Assembly (NCBI GenBank): GCA_951406725.2
Contig: OX597814.1
Location: 28,892,001 to 28,956,000, forward strand
Source: Octopus vulgaris
Lineage: Eukaryota
Direction of reading: 5' to 3'
DNA length: 64,000 nt
Shown: piece after piece, positions 55,378 through 64,000 of the stretch
How positions within the stretch are numbered: position 1 is the first letter of the stretch
How the letters are laid out: each line of letters starts with the position of its first letter
Notes under the pieces: generated by a model
What the model was told of the DNA's origin: nothing
Seen by the model: the letters and a program-made list of their open reading frames with translations, nothing else
Databases searched by the model: none
Made by a program: the position numbers and the translations under genes

Positions 55378-55446
55378 CGACGTCACAATAAACAATATAC
55401 TGCTATTGACGTTACGAAAGACTCGATGTTAGATGTCTGATATAAA
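55378..55446 (+). promoter_or_regulatory. Possible proximal promoter of the RING-CH gene: two CRE-like octamers and a TATA box
   Basis: CGACGTCA (55378-55385) and TGACGTTA (55407-55414), each 7/8 to TGACGTCA; TATAAA at 55441-55446. Short motifs in AT-rich DNA, so support is weak. Confidence 0.3.
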
Positions 55447-55560
55447 TCGCTCTCAAATGCATTTTGATCACCAAGTAGTTAATCTCATGTACATTTCTAA
55501 TCAGAGCTCAACATTTACTCATATTATATCGATTTTATATTTCACATTATCTTCTCGAAA

Positions 55561-56379
55561 ATGAAAGATGCAGAAAGGTCTTTCACCAAACAAAGTTGTA
55601 AGACTGATGCGACCAGTGAATGGCTTTATAACAGTACCTCTTTTTGTCGCATATGTCTTGAAGTAGGCAAACCTAGCAAGAGACTTATCTCTCCTTGTTA
55701 CTGCATCGGTTCAGTAGGACAAGTACATGTGTCATGTTTAGAACGTTGGCTGGTCTATTCCAGTGCCCAAAAGTGTGAAATATGTGGCTTTAAATATATT
55801 CTTCGGCGACGTTCTGTATCGTTTATGGAATTTGTTAAAAATCCTGGTACAACTGAAGAGAAACAACAATTCAAATGCGATTTATGGTTGATTGTTATAT
55901 TGTTGTGTTTTGCCATAATAAACCTCTGGAAATTCCTGTTAGAAGTTAATCAAAAAATGTTAACATTGAATAGCTGTACAATTTTCTTCTTTTTTGTTAG
56001 TCTTGTAGGTATTTTACGCCATTGCTGTCGAATTTTGAAATTATGGAAACGTAGAAAACAAAGAGTCAAAATCACTAGTTTAACGAGAAAAAAATACATC
56101 AATCTCAAAACGAATTCGAAGAAAACTAACAACGAGACATTCAACGATTTTCGCTCTCAAAATATCGATGTAGTAAAGAAATTTTCGGTAACGAGAAATT
56201 ATGTTCCAAAGATAGAGAGAAGCAAACCGTTTTACGCATTAAGAAGTCAACAAAGTTTAACAAATAGTGATAGAAATTCCACGGAAATATCAAAATCAAA
56301 TGAAAAGATGCTTTCGAAGAATTCAAATTTTGTCGTTTGCACAAGAAGCACTCAGAGACTCAGGAGCAATGAGGCTTAA
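55561..56379 (+). CDS. Membrane-associated RING-CH E3 ubiquitin ligase, MARCH2/3-like, single coding exon (272 aa)
   Basis: Complete C4HC3 RING-CH (C29,C32,C46,C48,H56,C59,C72,C75, conserved W63). MARCH2/3-type linker EFVKNPG..EK...CD, two hydrophobic TM segments, then W.R..Q.V.I. In-frame upstream stop at 55498-55500 and A at -3 of the ATG. Confidence 0.92.
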   Translation: MKDAERSFTKQSCKTDATSEWLYNSTSFCRICLEVGKPSKRLISPCYCIGSVGQVHVSCLERWLVYSSAQKCEICGFKYILRRRSVSFMEFVKNPGTTEEKQQFKCDLWLIVILLCFAIINLWKFLLEVNQKMLTLNSCTIFFFFVSLVGILRHCCRILKLWKRRKQRVKITSLTRKKYINLKTNSKKTNNETFNDFRSQNIDVVKKFSVTRNYVPKIERSKPFYALRSQQSLTNSDRNSTEISKSNEKMLSKNSNFVVCTRSTQRLRSNEA

Positions 56380-56804
56380 CATCTAAATGAATAGAGTGCG
56401 CAGTATCTATCGAGGAAAGCAACACAAATAGAAAAACCATTTAGATTACCGGTAAGATACCAGTTTTAAAAGAAGTTAACCACATTTGTGAAAGAAAAGA
56501 TGAACATTAATAATATTAGGATATTAATGGTAATGACAATATCTGTAATGTTGAAAATGAAATATATCTATGTATTTTCTATCGAAGTTTTGTTCCATTT
56601 CTACATAGAAGTATATAAATGTGCACTCACATACATTACAGCAGAGAAGGTTCGTAAGGAAGTACGAATATACTCTCAAGTGTATGTGCATATGTGTGTG
56701 TTCTCTATCTTATTTTTTATTAATTAGTATGAGGAAGAGTGACGGTACCCATAAAACGTCTGGTGCTCGAGACATAGCAGTATAGCTTAGTTAACGTTGG
56801 TAAC

Positions 56805-57008
56805 ATTGGTTTCAAATTTTGGCACAAGTCCAGTAATTTCGGTGGGGAAGGAAATAAATCGATTACATCGACACCGGTGCTCAACTGGTACTTATTTTAT
56901 CGACCAGGAAAGGGATGAGAGAAATTTGAACTCAGAACGAAAAGACGGACAAAATGCTGCTAAGCATTTTGTCAGGCGTGCTAGCAATTCTGCAGGATCA
57001 CCACCTTA
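56805..57008 (-). mobile_element. Diverged Nin-like SINE
   Basis: Family head and tail with a deleted core. Confidence 0.75.
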
Positions 57009-57049
57009 ATAACATTGGTAATATTGATTGGTAATATAGATATTCAAGT

Positions 57050-57475
57050 AAGGCAACGAGCTAGTAGAATCGTTAGCACGCCGGGCGAAATGCTTAGCGG
57101 TATTTCGTCTGCCGTTACGTTCTGAGTTCAAATTCCGCCGAGGTCGACTTTGCCTTTCATCCTTTCGGAGGTTCGATAAATTAAATATCAGTTATGCACT
57201 GAGGTCTATATAATCGACTTAAACCCATTGTCTGTCCTTGTTTGTCCCCTCTATGTTTAGCCCCTTGTGGGCAATAAAGAAATAAGAATCGTTAGCTTAG
57301 CGGTATTTCGTCTGTCTTTATATTCTGAGTTCAAATTCTTCCGCCGAGGCCGACTTTGCCTCTTGTCCTTTCGTGATCGATCAAATAATTGCCAGTTGAG
57401 CACTGGAGTCGATCTAATCGGCTTACCCGTAACCCTGAAATTGCTGGTCTTGTGCCAAAATTTGACAGCAATATT
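57050..57475 (+). mobile_element. Two nested Nin-like SINEs
   Basis: AGAATCGTTAGC occurs at ~57066 and again right after the inner tail AATAAAGAAATA (~57285). Confidence 0.85.
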
Positions 57476-57879
57476 GATATTCAAGTAACATTCAACCTTA
57501 ATTTATGCAAGTAGAAAATTATTAGACGACAAACATGTTCAGAGCAGGCTCTAGGAAGCAGTATTCTTTAGCCCAGTTCAGCGAAAATAAAGGAGAACTA
57601 TGATTAAAGGAGTTATAGCAACGACAATTATTTTCGGTCGTTATCCAATATGTAATTCCTTTTTTTTTTTAAGACGATGAGGTTTAAATTTCGGTAAGAT
57701 TTGGCCACTCGAGCGCCATCTTGTAGAGGTTTCCTCATCGACTCACCAAAAGATATTTCTTATTTAGTTACTGGGTATAAAAGGGCACATAAACAAAGAC
57801 GCGTACACATCAACATGTTTGTGTACGAAAACTCTCCGCTCTCTCTCTCGCTCTCTCTTCTCTCTCTCACTCTCACTCT

Positions 57880-57929
<50 letters not shown>

Positions 57930-58422
57930 TCTCTAGCTCGCTCTCGCGGCGAAACTATGACAAGCCTGTAAAATGTCTAGCAAGGTTGGCCAAAAGTCAC
58001 CTGACAGTAAATCAAAAGTCTATAAATACTTAATATTCAATTTTATTCATTCATTTACAAAAATTGTAGCATTCAAGAAGGACTTCACTTTGAACAATTT
58101 TCATGATATTTGATATTTAGATGTTTTTTATTTAACAACTCATTCAGTTGTTAAACATAAAATCTCTGTGAATGCATGTGTACGCATGTGTGTGTGTGTC
58201 TGTGTGCGTGCGTGCTTGATGTATGTATGCATGAGCCGGCATGCATGCGTGTGTGTCGTATGTGTGTGTGTGTGTGGGGGGGGGTTAGTTAAAGAGTCAG
58301 GTTGAATTCATTACACTATTTAGGGCAGTCTTCCTACGCTCAGAATTGCAATCCCAGCTATCTACTCTTTCCAGAGTATTGGTTTCTATATCAGGAAATG
58401 CTCAAACTGTGTAAAATATATA

Positions 58423-58655
58423 TATTTCTTTACTACCCACAAGGGGCTAAACACAGAGGGGGACAAACAAGGACAGACAAACGGATTAAGTCGATTATAT
58501 CGACCCAAGTGCATAACTGGTACTTATTTAATCGACCCCGAAAGGATGAAAGGCAAAGTCGACCTCGGTGGAATTTGAACCCAGAACGTAACGGCAGACG
58601 AAATACGGCTACGCATTTCACTCGGCGTGCTAACGTTTCCGCCAGCTCACCGTCT
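58423..58655 (-). mobile_element. Nin-like SINE, full length
   Basis: Family tail, core and head; flanked by direct repeat AACTGTGTAAAATA (TSD). Confidence 0.9.
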
Positions 58656-59655
58656 TAACTGTGTAAAATAGATCTTTCTGACAATGAACTTGTTACCAGT
58701 TCAAATATGTTTGAGACATGTTCGAATCCGTAAGAAAGCCTTTCACTGCATTTTGTCACGAATAATAATTCTCACTGTAGACAAAAAAGATATGAAGAGG
58801 TGTGAAAAGGTCTCCACGACAAAATGCAGGGAATAGCTTCCTTGCGGGTTTGAACAGGTCTGAAGTATGCTTGAGCTGGTAACAAGTTTATGTTTTTGTA
58901 TAGGATTAGCGCTTCTAATCGGTAACATTTTAACGTATTTCTCAATTTTTATATTGCGATATACGCGCGCTCACGGCAAGCACACACACACATACATACA
59001 TATATATGTATATATATATATATATATATGCATGCATGCATGATTACATGTATGCACACACACACATATAAGTGTGAATACATACATTTATCTAATATAC
59101 ACGCACATATACACATAAGCACACACATTTATATGTATGTATGTATGTGTGTGTGTGAATTTTGCTGCTGCTGCTTATTGTTGTTGTTGTTGTTGTTAAG
59201 CAACAAGACGGGTAAGGGTGATTAGGTGATGGTCTAGGGCTTAAGGGTGGGAGACCCCAGACCTTGGAAAAAACAAACTTTGGTCGTCTTGTTGTAGTCG
59301 AGGGCTCTTCGGTGACGCCCTTACACCACTGGAAGGTGGCCCTCGAAGTCGCTGGAAATGGAGATCTCCAGGTCCAAATTCTTGAACGGCTGCTGCAGCA
59401 GAGAGCTTCAGGTTTTATTGAATATTATGTCTTTTGTTGTGTTTGTCAGCACATTCTGGTAATTAATGTCTTTTTTTCTTTTTTGTTCTTCCCAGACGCT
59501 ATAGTCATTCTTCTAACCACAAAAATATTTTTACAAATCGCTCCTATCGTAGCGTTCTATAGGTAAGAAGTCCTCTCAACAACGACGTCGTCTCGAGTTC
59601 TACTCCACTGCGAAGCATGTTGCACGATTATTTTAAATTTTGCTTCTTTCAGTTA

Positions 59656-60033
59656 CTAGCAGTATTACCCGGCGTTGCTCGGGTTTGTTTCGACCCTTTA
59701 GAATTGGAAGTTTTGCAAAGTAAAAATTTTGTATTATGTAGCTTGTTATTCTCTTTAAGTGAACATTTTTCTGGTTGAAATACACAGAAAAATGGCGACA
59801 CATCAGTAAAAAAATCGTAAAAAATTTATAGAAAAAAAGCACCTTTTTGATGTAAATAAATTTTGGTGTTAACATGGTTCTATTTGAATTTTATCTTCTA
59901 ATTATTGAAGAGCAAGCCTTCTTCTATCATACTCTCAATTTTGGTCAACTTGCGCCGCAGGATCTCGGGGGAGATAGTGTTAGTTGAAGGCTACCAAACC
60001 TGCCATACACAGACAACTTCAACTTTATATAGA
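59656..60033 (-). mobile_element. Non-autonomous Helitron-like element
   Basis: A|CTAGCAGTATTACCCGGCGTTGCTCGGG end; homologous along its length to 36567-36950. Confidence 0.78.
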
Positions 60034-60042
60034 GAGAGATTG

Positions 60043-60330
60043 GTCTGCGGCCATGCTGGTGCACCACCCTGAGGGCTTTGGTCAAACAAAGTTATACTAG
60101 TATTTATTTTTTTAAACTAGTATTTAATCTACCGGCTTTATAAACGAAGTAACAAAAACACACACAAAACACACACACACATATTCGACGAGCTTCCTCA
60201 CAGTTTCCTTCTACCAAATTCACTCAAGACATTGGTCAACCCGGTGCTAAAGTAGAAAATACTTGCCCAAGGTGGTGTGTAGTGGGACTGAACATGAAAC
60301 AACATAGCGAGCTTCTTAACCACACAGACA
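60043..60330 (-). mobile_element. Diverged long-family SINE
   Basis: CTGCGGCCATGCTGG…CTTGCCCAAGGTG…AGTGGGACTGAAC. Confidence 0.7.
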
Positions 60331-60632
60331 TGTTTGCGTCAGTTTTAATTTTTTTTTTTTTTTAGCTTTGAGCTCACCATTAATTTGTGAACGCAATTTG
60401 GTTAATGGAAACAACGTACAAGTCCATCTCGGGAGACAAGTGGAATTGTTAGAGACCTGAATGAAATACCTTGCCGTATCTGCTCTGGCTCTATGCGATC
60501 TCAAAGTATTGCGCTTACCGATGCAGGTGCCAAGATGGGTCGATCTCTTCCTGACTGAGCAACATCGGTGGTATCCTTGAGTCTAGGCATTAACAAGGTG
60601 TTTCCGAGATACAAATTTATCGGTCTATCAAT

Positions 60633-60866
<234 letters not shown>

Positions 60867-61102
60867 CATACATACGTTTACGTACATACTTACATGTTTA
60901 CGTATATACATTTGCATATGTGGGCACAGGGCGTCATAAAACATGAACAACAATTAATACACAGTACGAGGACATGGAATAAGGGCCTTTTTTGCAAGCA
61001 ACGAAAGAAACAAATGGAAAACAAGACAAGCAACACAAGGAACGACACTTCATCCGTTGTCGGCTGTTTTTCTAGTCCGTATTTCGAGCAATTCATATAC
61101 AT

Positions 61103-61385
61103 ATGACGACGTATGAGGGTTCGCCAATTTCTTATCGAACAATCACGCAGATGATTTGTTTATAATGATCAAATGTTTGTGTAGGCAAAAGCTCATTCCT
61201 TCAATCAGATCGACATTACCTGTACAGGTGCAACTGGGTGCCACATGTGAGATGTCGAAATGATCGCAGAGCAGCGTGAAATGAAGTGCTATGCTCAAGA
61301 ACACAACGCAACACCCGGTCTGGGAATCGAACCCACGATCTCGAGATCGTGAGTGCAACACCTTAACCACTAAGCCATGTGCCTT
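61103..61385 (-). mobile_element. tRNA-derived SINE of a further family
   Basis: Minus strand GGCACATGGCTTAGTGGTT (A box), GGTTCGATTCC (B box), TTGTGTTCTTGAGCATAGCACTT core; tail GAACCCTCATACGTCGTCA resembles OR tail type 1. Confidence 0.75.
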
Positions 61386-61397
61386 CTATCTATTTAT

Positions 61398-61460
<63 letters not shown>

Positions 61461-61461
61461 C

Positions 61462-61497
<36 letters not shown>

Positions 61498-61512
61498 ATA
61501 TACATACATATA

Positions 61513-61630
61513 TCACCTGATCACGTGACCGACCAGACCATCAGATGTTGTTACACATCGCTGGTCACAATGCGTTCGCATTGTTTTAGCCTTCGAATTT
61601 TGCCACCCCGCTGGCTAAACGAGCAGGCCA
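61513..61630 (-). mobile_element. 5'-truncated OR-like SINE (tail type 2)
   Basis: Same tail as 44960-45077. Confidence 0.85.
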
Positions 61631-61653
61631 ACATACACACATATATATATATT

Positions 61654-61881
61654 AAGGCGGCGAGCTGGCAGAAACATTAGCACGCCGGGCGAAATGAGTA
61701 GCCGTATTTCGTCTGCCGTTACGTTCTGAGCTCAAATTCCGCCGAGGTCGACTTTGCCTTTCATCCTTTCGGGGTCGATAAATTAAGTACCAGTTACGCA
61801 CTGGGGTCGATGTAATCGACTTAATCCGTTAGTCTGTCCTTGTTTGTCCTCTCTGTGTTTAGCCCCTTGTGGGCAATAAAG

Positions 61882-61885
<4 letters not shown>
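61654..61885 (+). mobile_element. Nin-like SINE, full length
   Basis: AAGGCGGCGAGCTGGCAGAA…GGGCAATAAAGAAATA. Confidence 0.9.
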
Positions 61886-61933
<48 letters not shown>

Positions 61934-62088
61934 TGAAAGAGAATGAGAGAGAGAGAAAATGGGAGAGAGAGGTGCATGCGTGGGTATGTGGTAAGAAGCT
62001 TGCTTCCCAGTCACATGGTCCCGGGGTCAGTCCCACTCCGTAGTACTTGAGCAAGTGTCCTTCTGTTAGAGAGGTGCGCCAACCAAAG

Positions 62089-62119
<31 letters not shown>

Positions 62120-62123
<4 letters not shown>

Positions 62124-62360
62124 CGTGATCACCGTGACCGACCAGGCTATCAGATGTTGTTACACATCTCTGGTCACAATGCGCTTCGCATTGTTTTAGC
62201 CTTCAAATGACGCCACCCCGCTGGCTAAGTAGCAGGCCAACAGAAGAAAGAGTGAAAGTTGTGGCGAAAGAGTACAGCAGGGATCGCCACCCCCCTGCCG
62301 GAGCCTCGTGGAGCTTTAGGTGTTTTCGCTCAATAAACACTCACAACGCCCGGTCTGGGA
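62120..62360 (-). mobile_element. 5'-truncated OR-like SINE (tail type 2 variant)
   Basis: TCACCGTGA tail repeats; body matches 10701-11008; (TA)n on both sides. Confidence 0.87.
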
Positions 62361-62408
62361 AATATATATATATATATACACATACATACATACATACATG
62401 CATACATA

Positions 62409-62865
62409 CAGTAACACCTCGACTAACGCGGGTGTTATGTTCCTAAAACCGCCATAGGTGAAAATCCGCGAAGTAGAAACAGTATATTTATTTTATTATA
62501 AATGCAAAACAACACCACACACTCGTCCCCCCCCCCCGATCTTCGCTTTTCATACAGTAGGTACGAATCTTTGTTTACTCATCTACGGTACACTACGTAT
62601 TTTCTTTTAATATATTTTCATTATTGTGTTATACAGTGCAATACTGTGCTGCACTTTTTACTTATTAATTTATTGATTTTAGGCGTGAAAATGCTTATTT
62701 TACCACATAAATAATAGATTTTAAAACGAAAATAAGTACCGATCGGCTGCAGAAGCCCACGATATACTGAGGAGTCCGCGATATAAATTTACATATATTA
62801 GCCAGAAAAATCCGCAATGTACTGAGGGCGCGATAGGTGTATCGCGATATGACGAATGATCATTG
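62409..62865. mobile_element. pogo/Tigger-like MITE
   Basis: TA|CAGTAACACCTCGACTAACGCG … CGCGATATGACGAATGATCATTG|TA with repeated CCGCGA subterminal motifs. Confidence 0.65.
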
Positions 62866-62989
62866 TATTCGACTAAGGGCGATGCTCCAGCACAGCCGCA
62901 GTCTAAATGACTGAAACAAGCAAAAGAATAAAAGAATATGTGTGTGTATGTGTGTGTGCGTGTGAGTGTATGTGTGTGTGTGTTTAATA

Positions 62990-63610
62990 CGCGGTCTCAT
63001 CAATAAGTTTCCGGACTGTTGTCATAGAAACGAAGTTACAGCACGCAGAGTAAAGCCGCTAGGCATATATCGACCTTGAACTTTCCTGTGCATGCGCCCT
63101 AAGTTTTAACGTTCTAGCTCACTTCCGCTGTTTACAGCAATGCTTAGGATGAACGTGTGTAGTGTGTGATCGTCACATTGACAGAGAAAGTTGTCATGGT
63201 GATATCTGCTCAGAGGGCTACGCAAAGTTGCAGAAAGTTTATGGATAGGGATGTATGAGTTCACACAGGTGTATGAGTGGTCCAGACGTTTGCAAGATGG
63301 CCGAAGAAATGTAGATATTGATGAACGTTCTGGAAGACCTGCAGCCAGCAGAATTGAGAATAACATCGCAGATGTGCGTGCAGCTGTGAGGGGAAAACGT
63401 CGAATCACCGTCCGTGATTTATCAGAGGATGTGCAGATTAGTAACGGTTCCGTTCAGTCCATTATCATTGAAGATTTGGGTATGAGATGCGTGTCTGCCA
63501 ATTTTGTGCCAAAACTGCTTTCAGCTGACCCCCCCCCAAAAAAAAACCAGCCGGGTTTCAGTTGCATAAGATCTTGATTGTATTGAGAACGATCAAAACT
63601 TTTTGAAAAC
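62990..63610 (+). mobile_element. Mariner transposon 5' fragment (TIR plus frameshifted transposase N-terminal HTH)
   Basis: TA|CGCGGTCTCATCAATAAGTTTCCGGACTG TIR. ORF 63251-63577 has QVYEW..R..DGR..VD.DERSGRP…RRITVRDLSE…LGMR.VSA.FVPKLL (cf. mariner WVPxxL). Confidence 0.88.
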
Positions 63611-63799
63611 TTGGCGTAGGTATCACCAAGATTTTGGCAAAATTTGATTGCAGACTTCTATGAATTTTCTGGTGATTCAGTTCCGCACACATTGCATTTT
63701 GGCTAAGATTGCACGAAGTAGGGCTTAAACCAGAATCATCCAATTCGGAAGCGAATTTATTAACCATTCGGCCACGCTGTGACTACACACACATTTATA

Positions 63800-64000
63800 T
63801 TGGGTTGTCCGGAAAGTTCGTGCCGATTTTAAAGGAAAGAAAAAGGTTAATAAATACTTGCCGTTACATTTTTAATCAACCAAATATAAACCATTTTGTT
63901 GCACTTGAAAATACCCTCTTCCCAGAATTGAGGTGGTTTCAACGACAAAAAATTCATCAAGGTATCTTTTTACGTCATCCAAGGAATTGAAAGAAATTTT
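63800..64000. mobile_element. Start of a second mariner-type element running off the window
   Basis: TA|TTGGGTTGTCCGGAAAGTTCGTGCCGATTTT is a typical mariner TIR. Confidence 0.6.

Noticed and set aside
59264-59566. 100-aa ORF in a moderately GC-rich patch
   Set aside because: Non-ATG start, no recognisable domain.

Overview
Repeat-rich eukaryotic genomic DNA: AT-rich and saturated with microsatellites. It is most likely an octopus (coleoid cephalopod), inferred from its tRNA-derived SINE families. Only one credible protein-coding gene is visible: an intronless MARCH2/3-like RING-CH E3 ubiquitin ligase (55561-56379, +). Nearly all other ORFs are microsatellite or SINE read-throughs. The rest is a patchwork of at least four tRNA-derived SINE types, decayed LINEs (RTE-like, R4/Dong-like, CR1/Jockey-like), a decayed Penelope-like element, non-autonomous Helitron-like elements, hAT and pogo MITEs, and mariner fragments. 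The most notable unexplained structures are: (1) four minimal type-I hammerhead-ribozyme motifs from three different repeat families, (2) a ~650-bp near-perfect inverted repeat, (3) a tRNA-like cloverleaf in the loop of a ~90-bp imperfect hairpin element, (4) a Dong-like insertion flanked by a ~210-bp duplication, and (5) modular and self-nesting SINEs. All calls were made by eye, with no database search or folding computation, so boundaries of degenerate elements are approximate.
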